Positions 8,723 through 18,257 of a stretch of 64,000 nt of DNA are shown here, piece after piece (position 1 is the stretch's first letter; each line of letters opens with the position of its first letter). Location: positions 10,949 to 74,948 of the forward strand of contig DBNW01000055.1 of the NCBI GenBank assembly GCA_002299425.1, in the 5' to 3' direction. A model generated the notes under the pieces. The model did not search any database, was not told where the DNA came from, and saw only the letters and a list, made by a program, of their open reading frames with translations. The position numbers were made by a program, and so were the translations under genes. Source of the DNA: Methylococcaceae bacterium UBA662 (lineage in GTDB: Bacteria; Pseudomonadota; Gammaproteobacteria; Methylococcales; Methylomonadaceae).

Positions 8723-9718
8723 CTATTCTGGCTTTAGTTCCCGCCGCAGTAGGTTTTGTACGGCGGCCAGCGGCGGCAGGCCCTGGTACAGTACCTGGTA
8801 GGTCTGTTCAGTAATGGGCATGTCGATGCCGTGTTGCCGGGCCAAATGCCGGGTTTCGCGGGCGGCGACGACGCCTTCGATTTCCTGGCCGATGTCAGCG
8901 ATCGCTTGAGCGAGGGGTTGACCCTTGCCTAAAGCCAAACCAAGCCGGCGGTTGCGGGACTGATTGTCGGTGCACGTCAAAATCAAATCACCCAAGCCGG
9001 CTAAGCCCATAAACGTTTCTTGCCTGCCACCCAGTTTAATGCCGAGCCGGATAATTTCACTCAAACCACGCGTAATTAACGCGGCGCGCGTGTTGGCACC
9101 AAACCCTAAACCATCGGCTATGCCTGCGGCGATAGCTAAAACGTTTTTAACCGCACCGCCCACTTCCACGCCAATCAAGTCGGTGCTGGTGTAGATACGA
9201 AAATGGGCATTGTGCAACAGTCCGGCGAGTTGTCCTGCAAACCCGGCATCGCCGGAAGCCACAGTAATGGCGGTGGGTAAGCCTGCGGCTACTTCATGGG
9301 CGAAAGAGGGACCAGAAAGAATGGCGACGGCGGTTTGCTCGGAAAAGCAGTCGGCCACGATTTGATGCAGCAACTGCCCGCCATTTGGGTTAAATCCCTT
9401 GGTTGCCCAAGCAATTTTTGCGTCTTGAGGCAGATAAGGCTTAATGGCTTCCAGTGTGGACTGAAACGCATGGCTGGGCACACAAACCAGTAAAACAGGG
9501 GAAAACACGGCTGCCTCGGCCAAATCGGCGGTGACCGCTAACGGTTCAGGGAAAGCATGGCCGGGCAAATAGCGGCGGTTTTCCCGTTGCCGCGCCAAGT
9601 GTTCCATCTGGTCGGGCTTATGCCCCCAAAGCAAGACATGGCAACCGTTGCGGGCTGCCAAAATGGCCAGTGCCGTACCCCAAGACCCGGCTCCAAGCAG
9701 GGCTATCTTGTGCACCAC
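8723..9718 (-). CDS. gpsA: NAD(P)H-dependent glycerol-3-phosphate dehydrogenase
   Basis: GAGSWGTALA, LSGPSFA, GGAVKNVLAIAAG, GLAGLGDLILTCTDNQSRN. Confidence 0.97.
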   Translation of the reverse strand: MVHKIALLGAGSWGTALAILAARNGCHVLLWGHKPDQMEHLARQRENRRYLPGHAFPEPLAVTADLAEAAVFSPVLLVCVPSHAFQSTLEAIKPYLPQDAKIAWATKGFNPNGGQLLHQIVADCFSEQTAVAILSGPSFAHEVAAGLPTAITVASGDAGFAGQLAGLLHNAHFRIYTSTDLIGVEVGGAVKNVLAIAAGIADGLGFGANTRAALITRGLSEIIRLGIKLGGRQETFMGLAGLGDLILTCTDNQSRNRRLGLALGKGQPLAQAIADIGQEIEGVVAARETRHLARQHGIDMPITEQTYQVLYQGLPPLAAVQNLLRRELKPE

Positions 9719-9729
9719 GAACGCCTGAC

Positions 9730-10203
9730 TTAGTTAAGGGTGGGTTTAGCTTGGGCTTGCTCGGCGGATTGTTGTTGCATGTGCTGAGCATAAAGCACGT
9801 CGAAGTTGACGGGGGCCAACAACAACTGCGGAAAGCCACCCCGTGTCACTAAATCAGAAACGGTCTCGCGGGCATAGGGAAACAAAATGTTAGGGCAGAA
9901 ACTGCCCAGCATGGGCCCTAATTCTTGGTCATCAAAACCCGTCAAAGCAAACACTCCAGATTGCTTAACCTCCACTAAATAGGCGATTTTTTCTGCCACC
10001 TTCACCGTAAGAGTCGCCGTCAAGGTGACTTCATAAAAGCCGCCGTCCTGTACGGTGGTGACATGGGTGCCTAGGTTAAAATCAACGGCAGGTTCCCATT
10101 TTTCGGTGAAGATGGCCGGAGAATTGGGCGTTTCGAAGGACAAATCTTTGGTATAGATTTTTTGAATGGAAAATTGCTTTTCAGTATTGACGGGTTCGGC
10201 CAT
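9730..10203 (-). CDS. secB: Protein-export chaperone SecB
   Basis: FSIQKIYTKDLSFETPNSP, CPNILFPYARE, RGGFPQLLLAPVNFD. Confidence 0.97.
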   Translation of the reverse strand: MAEPVNTEKQFSIQKIYTKDLSFETPNSPAIFTEKWEPAVDFNLGTHVTTVQDGGFYEVTLTATLTVKVAEKIAYLVEVKQSGVFALTGFDDQELGPMLGSFCPNILFPYARETVSDLVTRGGFPQLLLAPVNFDVLYAQHMQQQSAEQAQAKPTLN

Positions 10204-10259
10204 GGCGTATTGGTTAGCGGTTAAAGGTTAAAGGTTTAGGAAATGATGTGGCTTTGCTG

Positions 10260-10703
10260 TTATGCGTTGGCTTTTTTTGTTGATTTGATAGGAAGTTTGT
10301 AGTCATTTTCCCACGCCTGCATACCACCAGTGATGACAAACACCTGCTCAAAGCCTGCCTTGGTCAAAAGACGTCCGGCAGTGGCCGAGTGTGACCCGGT
10401 TTCGCAGACAACTAAAACGGGCTTGGTCTTGTTTTCGGCCAGACTGGGCAATTGTGTAGCCAGCGTTGTCAAAGGGACGTTGACGGCCTGCTCAATATGC
10501 TTTTTCTTAAAGCCAGCCGCCTCCTGCACGTCAATGACTGCAATATCCCCCTGGTTAATTTTAGCCACTGCCTGCAACGGCGAAATGGACTTAAACTTTT
10601 TAAAGGCGGTCTCGATTAAATCCTGCACGAGCAAATAAGAGACCACCAACAAGGCCAACGACAAAATGTAGTGGTTTAGGGCGAATTCCAGGTAACGTTC
10701 CAT
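10260..10703 (-). CDS. Membrane-anchored rhodanese-domain protein (YibN-like)
   Basis: N-terminal TM helix, VIDVQE, HIEQAVNVPL, active loop VCETGSHS, GGMQAW. Start moved to ATG 10703. Confidence 0.88.
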   Translation of the reverse strand: MERYLEFALNHYILSLALLVVSYLLVQDLIETAFKKFKSISPLQAVAKINQGDIAVIDVQEAAGFKKKHIEQAVNVPLTTLATQLPSLAENKTKPVLVVCETGSHSATAGRLLTKAGFEQVFVITGGMQAWENDYKLPIKSTKKANA

Positions 10704-10739
10704 AGCGTGGTTATTCAAGCAGGCAATTTTACGGTTTGG

Positions 10740-11060
10740 TTAATGATGGCGATGGCAAAAAACATCCCGCATCATCTCAATAAGCTGCAACACCCGTTTG
10801 TCGTCGATGTAATAAAAGACGCGGTTGGCTTTTTTGTTGCGGCCGAGGATATTTTTTTCTCTAAGGATGGACAAATGCTGCGATACGTTGCTTTGGCTAG
10901 TGCCTACCTGCTCAACAATACCCTGCACACTGACCGCTTTGTTGCCTAAAACACACAGTATTTTCAGCCGCAACGGGTGCGACATGGCTTTCAGCGACTT
11001 AGCTGCCTTAGCGATGTCGGCATCGTCATACAATGCCAAAGGTTGTTCGTTTGTGTCCAT
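10740..11060 (-). CDS. ArsR/SmtB-family repressor, BigR/SqrR/YgaV-like
   Basis: LKAMSHPLRLKILC, SQSNVSQHLSILR, C-terminal VFC; two cysteines at the BigR-type positions. Confidence 0.88.
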   Translation of the reverse strand: MDTNEQPLALYDDADIAKAAKSLKAMSHPLRLKILCVLGNKAVSVQGIVEQVGTSQSNVSQHLSILREKNILGRNKKANRVFYYIDDKRVLQLIEMMRDVFCHRHH

Positions 11061-11136
11061 TTGCAGTCGTTATCCCTAAAATCTCATACAGTACCGAAAA
11101 GCGGAAGTGATGCTGGTAAGAATTTACCCGCAACGG

Positions 11137-11166
11137 TTAACAAGATGAGGATAGTGTTACTATAAT
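11137..11166 (+). promoter_or_regulatory. Sigma70-type promoter upstream of gpmI, with overlapping palindrome ATAGT-N3-ACTAT
   Basis: TTAACA-N18-TATAAT; palindrome at 11151-11163. Confidence 0.55.
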
Positions 11167-11405
11167 ACCAAGCTTTTTTGCGCTGGGCATTGTACCCGAT
11201 TTTAAAGCCTCTGTAATCGCCAATGCGCAGCGTGTGGGCAATTTTTACGCAAGACCTACCCTGTGGGCAGCCGGTTTGGCACCTAAAGCGTACACGGCAG
11301 CCTGGAAACTGGGCCGGCATAGCCCCGTCACCGCAGCCTAGGTACAAACCCGCGCCGCATGGTTAGGCGGCTTGCCATCTGGATCCACCCTGGAGAATTT
11401 CGATT

Positions 11406-12950
11406 ATGTTGAACCGCCCTAAGCCCCTTGTGTTGTTAATCCTTGATGGTTTTGGTTATTCCACCGCGCAAGAAAACAACGCCGTTGCTCTAGCCCATAC
11501 TCCTTGCTGGGATCGACTGCAAACAGAATACCCGATGACCTTGTTGAACTGCTCAGGCCACGTTGTAGGACTGCCTGACGGCCAAATGGGCAATTCCGAA
11601 GTCGGACACATTCACATCGGTTCTGGCCGGTACACGCCGCAGGATTTCACTCGCGTCAATGATGCCATCAAAGAGGGCAGTTTTTACCGCAATCCAGCAC
11701 TTAGCAAAGCCATCGACTTGGCAAAAAATAACGGCAAGGCTCTGCATATTATGGGCTTGCTGTCCCCTGGCGGGGTTCACAGCCATGAGCTGCAAATTAT
11801 CGCTTTGGTGGAAATGGCGGCCCAACGCGGCTTGAAAAGCATTTACTTGCATGCTTTTTTAGATGGCCGGGATGTGCCGCCGAAAAGTGCCACTGCCTCG
11901 CTGGCTCTATTAGACGCCACTTTTGCCCGGTTGGGCGTGGGCCGCACCGTATCGATTTGCGGTCGTTTTTATGCCATGGACCGAGACCAACGCTGGGAAC
12001 GGGTGCAACCTGCCTACGACCTGATCGCCCAAGGCCTTGGCCAGTTTACCGCGCCTTCCGCCCTAGATGGCTTAGCAGCCGCCTATAACCGTGGCGAAAC
12101 CGACGAGTTTGTGGCTCCCACCGCAATTTTAACCGCAGACGGTCACAACCTAGCGCTAGACCCCGGTGATTCGGTTGTATTCATGAACTTTCGTGCCGAC
12201 CGTGCTCGGGAAATTTCACAAGCTCTAACGGCGACCGATTTTGATTATTTTGAACGCGGTTGTGCGCCCCATCCGGGCTATTTTTGCACGCTCACCCAAT
12301 ACCACGAGAATTTTACATACGAGCTGGCATTTCCCGCCATCGACCTTAAAAACAGTTTGGGCGAAGTGCTATCCAACCTAGGCATGACTCAGTTACGGCT
12401 GGCCGAAACCGAAAAATACGCCCATGTGACGTTTTTCCTCAATGGCGGCATGGACACTCCGTTTCCTGGTGAAGACCGCATCCTAGTACCCTCGCCCACC
12501 GTCAAAACTTACGATCTGCAACCGGAAATGAGTCTGCCGGAAGTCACCCGCCATTTGCTCGACGCTATCACGAGCGGTCGCTACGATTTGATCATCTGCA
12601 ACTTTGCCAATTGCGACATGGTCGGCCATACCGGGGTATTGCCCGCCGCCATTCAAGCCGTCGAAGCCGTCGACCTGGCTTTACAACGCACTACCGACGC
12701 CCTGCTAAAAACGGGCGGGCAAATGCTAGTGACCGCCGACCACGGCAACATCGAACAAATGGCGGACAAAACCACTGGGCAAGCCCACACCGCCCACACT
12801 ACCAACCCAGTACCACTGATCCATATCGGCGGGTGTCGGCCATTGGCAGAAGGCGGCAACCTGTCCGACCTAGCCCCCACTCTGCTGGACATACTGGGCA
12901 TCAGCAAACCCTTGGAAATGGACGGCCGCTCCCTAATCAGGCCGGCTTAA
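11406..12950 (+). CDS. gpmI: 2,3-bisphosphoglycerate-independent phosphoglycerate mutase
   Basis: LILDGFG, GQMGNSEVGH, NFRADRARE, AETEKYAHVTFF, DMVGHTG, TADHGN. Confidence 0.97.
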   Translation: MLNRPKPLVLLILDGFGYSTAQENNAVALAHTPCWDRLQTEYPMTLLNCSGHVVGLPDGQMGNSEVGHIHIGSGRYTPQDFTRVNDAIKEGSFYRNPALSKAIDLAKNNGKALHIMGLLSPGGVHSHELQIIALVEMAAQRGLKSIYLHAFLDGRDVPPKSATASLALLDATFARLGVGRTVSICGRFYAMDRDQRWERVQPAYDLIAQGLGQFTAPSALDGLAAAYNRGETDEFVAPTAILTADGHNLALDPGDSVVFMNFRADRAREISQALTATDFDYFERGCAPHPGYFCTLTQYHENFTYELAFPAIDLKNSLGEVLSNLGMTQLRLAETEKYAHVTFFLNGGMDTPFPGEDRILVPSPTVKTYDLQPEMSLPEVTRHLLDAITSGRYDLIICNFANCDMVGHTGVLPAAIQAVEAVDLALQRTTDALLKTGGQMLVTADHGNIEQMADKTTGQAHTAHTTNPVPLIHIGGCRPLAEGGNLSDLAPTLLDILGISKPLEMDGRSLIRPA

Positions 12951-12954
12951 CTGT

Positions 12955-14097
12955 TTGGTCGGCAAACCGAGCACCTGCCTGCTGCTGGGCCTGTGGGCGT
13001 TACTGAGCGTCAGCCAACACAGCCAAGCCGAAACCGCAGGCCTCCCCCCAGCCAACGGCGTATCGCTCAAGCAACAGCAAAGCGCGATAGCCGACTTGCT
13101 AGGTGAGGCTGAACGACGCCACGGCGAGGCTGCCGCTGCATTGTTTGCCCTGCAAGCCCAAATGGCCGAAACAGAGCGACAAATGAACGCCATCAGGAAA
13201 GAAGCCAAGCAACTGGAAAACACCCTTGAAGAACAACGAAAAATTTTAGCGGCGGAACTGAAAGCCGCCTACAAAATGGGCCGACAAGGGCACTTAAAAT
13301 TATTACTGAACCAAAAAGACCCGGCCTTATCGACACGCATGTTGCGGTATTATCATTACCTACTCCAGGAACGGATTAACACCATTGAGGCAACGCAAAA
13401 ACTAGCGGCGGCGTTGGCTGCCAAAAACCAACAAATCCAGCAACAAAACACAAAATTAGCCAAACTCTGGACGCAAAAAAAAAATGAACAAGACACTCTG
13501 GCCGAAGCCAAGGCGCAGCGCAACACAGTGCTGGGTGGCTTGGCCGGACTGGACCGACAAGAACAGCTTCGGCAACTTAAGCACGGCGAAACCGTCTTAA
13601 AAAAGCTTCTGGATAGCTTGCCAGATCCTGATCTTATTGACGCCGAAGCAGTAGCCGCTAATACAGAAGCAGTCGCGGCGATGCCGACCGCCGTGCCGCG
13701 CGCGGCCAAGTTTTCCGCCCTGAAAGGACGGTTGCGCTGGCCGGCCCAAGGCCGCGTAGCCTATAAATTTGGCAGCCCTCGCTTGGAAACGGTTTGGGAT
13801 GGAATTTTGATTGCGGCCCCGGAAGGAACTGAGGTCCATGCCGTAGCCGACGGCAAGGTAGTGTTCGCCAACTGGCTCAAAGGCTATGGTCATTTGCTGA
13901 TTTTAGAACACGATTCCGACTACATGACTTTGTACGCCTTCAACCAAGGCCTGTTCAAGCGCAAAAACGAAACCGTGCACAGCGGCGAAGTAATCGCCGC
14001 TGTCGGCCAAAGCGGCGGCCGCAATCAACCCGGTCTTTACTTTTCCATTCGCAAACACGGTGTAGCGATTGACCCGGCACCGTGGTGGAAAAAATAA
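12955..14097 (+). CDS. envC: Murein hydrolase activator EnvC (coiled coil plus M23-like domain)
   Basis: Signal peptide, long coiled coil, LRWPAQG, VVFANWLKGYG, degenerate M23 (TLYAFN); between gpmI and ctpA. Confidence 0.9.
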   Translation: MVGKPSTCLLLGLWALLSVSQHSQAETAGLPPANGVSLKQQQSAIADLLGEAERRHGEAAAALFALQAQMAETERQMNAIRKEAKQLENTLEEQRKILAAELKAAYKMGRQGHLKLLLNQKDPALSTRMLRYYHYLLQERINTIEATQKLAAALAAKNQQIQQQNTKLAKLWTQKKNEQDTLAEAKAQRNTVLGGLAGLDRQEQLRQLKHGETVLKKLLDSLPDPDLIDAEAVAANTEAVAAMPTAVPRAAKFSALKGRLRWPAQGRVAYKFGSPRLETVWDGILIAAPEGTEVHAVADGKVVFANWLKGYGHLLILEHDSDYMTLYAFNQGLFKRKNETVHSGEVIAAVGQSGGRNQPGLYFSIRKHGVAIDPAPWWKK

Positions 14098-14180
14098 GCG
14101 GCAAAAAGTACCCGTTATACAACCGATTTGTAAGATAATACAACGCATTGAAATTCATTGAATTTGGAGTTTAAAGGCAC

Positions 14181-15503
14181 ATGCACAACAAAAAAACGAT
14201 TCTGATTTTGTCCTTAGGATTTATCTTAGGTGTCTTCATGAGCACTTGCGGGAGTGTCCTGGCAGAAAAAGACTATGGCACGAAAGTAGAATCTGACACC
14301 CTGCCTTTCGAGGAGCTGCGTGCTTTTACCGAAGTTTTTGGGCGCATAAAACGGGATTACGTCGAACCCGTTTCTGACCAAAAACTCTTAGAAGATGCCA
14401 TCCGTGGCATGTTGGCCGGTCTGGACCCGCACTCGAGCTACCTGGTTGCGGATGAATTCCAAGAGTTGAAAGAAGGCACCACCGGCCAATTTGGCGGTTT
14501 AGGCATTGAAGTCACCATGGAAAACGGGTTTATCAAAGTGGTGTCCCCCATTGATGACACTCCGGCGCAAAAAGCCGGGGTACGCTCTGGTGACTTAATC
14601 ATCCGACTGGACGAAAAGCCCGTTAAAGGCATAAGCCTGAACGATGCGGTCAAAACCATGCGCGGCGAACCGGGCAGTAAAATCGAACTGACTGTCGTCC
14701 GCGAAGGGGCAGAAGCCCCGCTAAAATTCACCCTGACCCGCGCCATCATTAAAGTCAAAAGCGTCAGAAGCCGCACTTTAGAACCGGGGTACGGCTATGT
14801 CCGCATCAGCAGCTTCCAGTCCGGAACCGGCGACAGCTTAGAGGAGGCATTGGCCGCCTTGAAAAAAGAAAATACCGGCCAATTGAAAGGCATCATCCTG
14901 GACTTAAGAAACAACCCGGGTGGCGTCTTAGATGCCGCCGTTAAGGTCAGCGACACCTTCCTTAGAAGCGGCCTTATCGTGTACACCGAAGGCCGCATTG
15001 AAAACTCTGAAATGCGCTTTAGTGCCACACCAGATGACCTGTTAAATGACGCACCGATAGTGGTACTCATCAACGCCGGTTCCGCTTCGGCATCGGAAAT
15101 TGTCGCTGGGGCGTTGCAAGACCACAAACGGGCCATCATCATGGGCGAAAAATCGTTTGGCAAGGGTTCCGTACAAACGATTCTGCCCACTGATAACGGC
15201 TCCGCCATCAAGCTCACCACTGCCCGTTACTTTACTCCATCCGGCCGTTCCATCCAGGCCGAAGGCATAGAACCGGACATCCGCCTAGCCCACTTAAAGC
15301 TAGAAGCCGCCGAAAACCTTAACTTTGCCCCCATCAAAGAGGCAGACTTGTCTGGACATTTGCAAAATGGCAAGACAGTATCTCCTGCTAAAAGCGGCGC
15401 ACGGACCGAAGGCGATACCGATAAAGACAATTTAATCAAAGACTTTGCCTTGCACGAAGCCTTTAACTTGCTAAAAGGCATCAGCATCGTCAAAAGCCGG
15501 TGA
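14181..15503 (+). CDS. ctpA: S41 carboxy-terminal processing protease
   Basis: LDPHSSYL, GLGIEV, PDZ domain, DLRNNPGG, SASASEIVAGALQD, SFGKGSVQ. Confidence 0.95.
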   Translation: MHNKKTILILSLGFILGVFMSTCGSVLAEKDYGTKVESDTLPFEELRAFTEVFGRIKRDYVEPVSDQKLLEDAIRGMLAGLDPHSSYLVADEFQELKEGTTGQFGGLGIEVTMENGFIKVVSPIDDTPAQKAGVRSGDLIIRLDEKPVKGISLNDAVKTMRGEPGSKIELTVVREGAEAPLKFTLTRAIIKVKSVRSRTLEPGYGYVRISSFQSGTGDSLEEALAALKKENTGQLKGIILDLRNNPGGVLDAAVKVSDTFLRSGLIVYTEGRIENSEMRFSATPDDLLNDAPIVVLINAGSASASEIVAGALQDHKRAIIMGEKSFGKGSVQTILPTDNGSAIKLTTARYFTPSGRSIQAEGIEPDIRLAHLKLEAAENLNFAPIKEADLSGHLQNGKTVSPAKSGARTEGDTDKDNLIKDFALHEAFNLLKGISIVKSR

Positions 15504-15525
15504 TAGTGGCTTTTTAGCAAAAAGC

Positions 15526-15559
15526 GAGCCGGGCGATGGTCAAACCAAGCGCCCGGCTC
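15526..15559 (+). terminator. Strong hairpin after ctpA (terminator or mRNA-stabilising stem)
   Basis: GAGCCGGGCG-N14-CGCCCGGCTC perfect 10-bp stem; weak U-tract. Confidence 0.5.
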
Positions 15560-15590
15560 ACTCCTTAAACCCTTATGACCGGTTGCCCTT

Positions 15591-15863
15591 ATGACTTGGC
15601 TAACAGAAACCATCGGCTATGTAGCCGCCGCCTTAACCACCGCATCCTTCCTGCCTCAAGCCATCTTAACCCTGCGCACCCGCGACACCGCCGCCCTATC
15701 GCTCACCATGTACAGTTTGTTCACGCTAGGCGTGCTGTGCTGGTTGGTTTACGGTATTTTTATTGGCAACACCATCATCATCGTGGCCAATGTGATCACA
15801 TTCGTATTAGCTGCCTCCATCTTGGCCGTCAAAATCTACAACTGTTTTTCCAAGCCCCGATAA
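15591..15863 (+). CDS. SemiSWEET (PQ-loop) sugar transporter
   Basis: 90 aa, 3 TM helices, TTASFLPQ, conserved W (CWLVYG) and N (IVANVIT). Confidence 0.88.
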   Translation: MTWLTETIGYVAAALTTASFLPQAILTLRTRDTAALSLTMYSLFTLGVLCWLVYGIFIGNTIIIVANVITFVLAASILAVKIYNCFSKPR

Positions 15864-15913
15864 CCCGGTTTAACCAGACACCACCGGCTCCAACCCACGG
15901 AACAAACACACTG

Positions 15914-16933
15914 ATGACCCCTAAAAAAGTCACCCTAACCCAGTTTATCATCCAGCAACAACGTGGCTTGCCGGATGCGTCGGGCACCTTCACTATTCTT
16001 TTGAACAACATCGTCACCGCTTGCAAACAAATCGCCCAACAGGTCAATAAGGGGCAACTGATTGACGTGCTCGGCAGTGCCGAATCGGAAAACGTGCAAG
16101 GCGAAGTGCAAAAGAAGCTGGACCTCATCACCCATGACATCCTGGTCAACGCCTTAAACTGGACCGGGCAGTTGGCCGGCATGGCGTCGGAAGAAATTGA
16201 CGGGCTGATCCCGATCCCACCGCAATACCCTAAGGGCAAATACCTAGCCTTGTTCGACCCGCTGGACGGTTCCTCGAACATCGACATCAACTTGGCGGTG
16301 GGGACTATTTTCTCCATCCTGCGTTGCCGCGAGGGCATCGAGCCGGATCTGGAAGACTTTTTGCGCAAGGGGATTGAGCAGGTTTGCGCCGGTTTTGTGC
16401 TGTACGGGCCTTCCACCATGATGGTATTGACCACCGGCCACGGCGTGAACGGTTTTACCCTGGATCAGGAAATCGGCGAGTTCATCCTCACCCATCCGAA
16501 CATGAACATCCCCGAGGATACCACCGAGTTCGCCATTAACATTTCCAACCAACGATTTTGGGAAGTGCCAGTGCAACGGTATATTGACGAATGCCTGCAA
16601 GGCACGGAAGGGGTGCGCGGCAAAGACTTCAACATGCGCTGGGTGGCCTCGCTGGTCGCCGACGTTTACCGTATCTTGACCCGGGGCGGCGTGTTCCTGT
16701 ACCCGCTGGATAGCCGTGACCCCACTAAACCGGCCAAACTGCGCCTGATGTACGAGGCCAACCCCATGGCTTTTATCGTCGAACAAGCGGGTGGCGCCTG
16801 CATTACCGGGCGGGAGCGGATTTTGGAACTCAAACCCACCGCCATCCATGAACGGGTGCCGGTGATTTTAGGCTCAAAAAGTGAAGTCGAGCGGATTGCC
16901 GCCTACCATCTGCAATACGACCAAGGCCAATAG
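15914..16933 (+). CDS. fbp: Class 1 fructose-1,6-bisphosphatase
   Basis: [35 protein letters not shown]. Start moved to ATG 15914 ([11 protein letters not shown]). Confidence 0.96.
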   Translation: MTPKKVTLTQFIIQQQRGLPDASGTFTILLNNIVTACKQIAQQVNKGQLIDVLGSAESENVQGEVQKKLDLITHDILVNALNWTGQLAGMASEEIDGLIPIPPQYPKGKYLALFDPLDGSSNIDINLAVGTIFSILRCREGIEPDLEDFLRKGIEQVCAGFVLYGPSTMMVLTTGHGVNGFTLDQEIGEFILTHPNMNIPEDTTEFAINISNQRFWEVPVQRYIDECLQGTEGVRGKDFNMRWVASLVADVYRILTRGGVFLYPLDSRDPTKPAKLRLMYEANPMAFIVEQAGGACITGRERILELKPTAIHERVPVILGSKSEVERIAAYHLQYDQGQ

Positions 16934-16971
16934 CTAACACTTCAGCATTCTTAACTGTTCAGGAGGCCATC

Positions 16972-18033
16972 ATGCAAAAAACTCTCGGTTACGCCGCATT
17001 CGACAAACAATCGCCATTGGCCCCCTTCAGTTTTGCACGAAGGGAGATCTGCCCTTCTGATGTGCAAATAGAAATCCTTTACTGCGGCGTGTGCCACTCA
17101 GACATTCATCAAGTCCGCAATGAATGGGCCAATGCCACCTACCCGATGGTACCCGGTCATGAAATTATCGGCACAGTGACGGCCTTAGGCAGCGAGGTTT
17201 CAGGTTTTAGCGTGGGTGAAACCGTGGGCGTCGGTTGCCTGGTCGATTCCTGCCGTGTTTGCCCGGATTGCCACGACCATCTGGAGCAGTTTTGCCATAA
17301 CGCCACCTTCACCTACAACTCACCCGACCCGCACTCAGGCGGCAGCACCTACGGCGGTTACTCCAAGCAAATCGTGGTTGATCAAGCGTTTGTCCTGCGT
17401 ATTTCCGACAAGCTTGACCCCGCCTCGGCGGCGCCGTTGTTGTGCGCCGGAATCACCACCTATTCGCCGTTAAAACAGTGGCAGGTCAAAGCGGGCGATA
17501 AGGTCGGCATCGTAGGCTTGGGCGGGCTTGGCCACATGGGCTTGAAATTCGCACGGGCAATGGGCGCTTATGTGGTTTTGTTCACCACCTCGGCCCACAA
17601 AGCCGAAGACGGCAAACGGCTAGGCGCCGATGAAGTGGTGCTGTCCAAAGAAACCGCTGCAATGGGCCGGCACACGGCCAGTTTTGACTTCATCCTAGAC
17701 ACAGTAGCAGCCGCCCATGATCTGGACGCCTACACCCAGTTGCTGAAGCGTGACGGCACTTTGTGCCTGGTCGGACTGCCCGACCAGCCACACCCGTCCC
17801 CCGCTGTCGGTCCTTTGATTTTCAAACGCCGGCGCATCGTCGGTTCGCTGATTGGCGGCATCCAAGAAACTCAGGAAATGCTCGATTTTTGCGCCGAACA
17901 CGACATCAGTGCCGACATTGAAATGATCCCTATCCAAGACATCAACCGCGCCTACGGGCGCATGTTGAACAATGATGTCAAGTACCGTTTTGTCATTGAT
18001 CTCGCCAGCCTTAAAACCGATCTTAGCGGTTGA
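16972..18033 (+). CDS. Zn-dependent NAD(P) alcohol/aldehyde dehydrogenase (cinnamyl-alcohol/YahK-like)
   Basis: CGVCHSD, GHEIIG, structural Zn CRVCPDC...C, LLCAGITTYSPL, GLGGLGHMG, KYRFVID; AGGAGG RBS. Confidence 0.93.
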   Translation: MQKTLGYAAFDKQSPLAPFSFARREICPSDVQIEILYCGVCHSDIHQVRNEWANATYPMVPGHEIIGTVTALGSEVSGFSVGETVGVGCLVDSCRVCPDCHDHLEQFCHNATFTYNSPDPHSGGSTYGGYSKQIVVDQAFVLRISDKLDPASAAPLLCAGITTYSPLKQWQVKAGDKVGIVGLGGLGHMGLKFARAMGAYVVLFTTSAHKAEDGKRLGADEVVLSKETAAMGRHTASFDFILDTVAAAHDLDAYTQLLKRDGTLCLVGLPDQPHPSPAVGPLIFKRRRIVGSLIGGIQETQEMLDFCAEHDISADIEMIPIQDINRAYGRMLNNDVKYRFVIDLASLKTDLSG

Positions 18034-18257
18034 TTCGAGCCGCTCACCGCGAACGCAATTAGCCGGCAGGATACATACGGCGTCGCTTTAAGCCATTTTC
18101 TGAATGCTCAAAAGAAAACCTATGCAGTGCCTGCCCTACAACGGCTGTTATGCCACCACCGAGTCCCTGCAGGCACCAGAGCAACACCAGGAGTAATCGC
18201 CGAAATTCAGCGTTTAAAACCACCCAGAACAACCTGCTTGCGCCGTTATTTCTACCC

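Noticed and set aside
11230-11310. Fragments GGCAA, ACGCAA, CCTAA and GGCAGCC resembling a c-di-GMP-I riboswitch
   Set aside because: The GNRA-capped P2 hairpin is missing and motif order and spacing do not fit; kept only as an unexplained leader.
15914-18033. Higher GC in fbp/adh as evidence of horizontal transfer
   Set aside because: Spot counts of single 60-nt lines gave 53-58% here versus 47% in ctpA, but the DHH gene gave a similar 58%; no mobility genes or flanking repeats.
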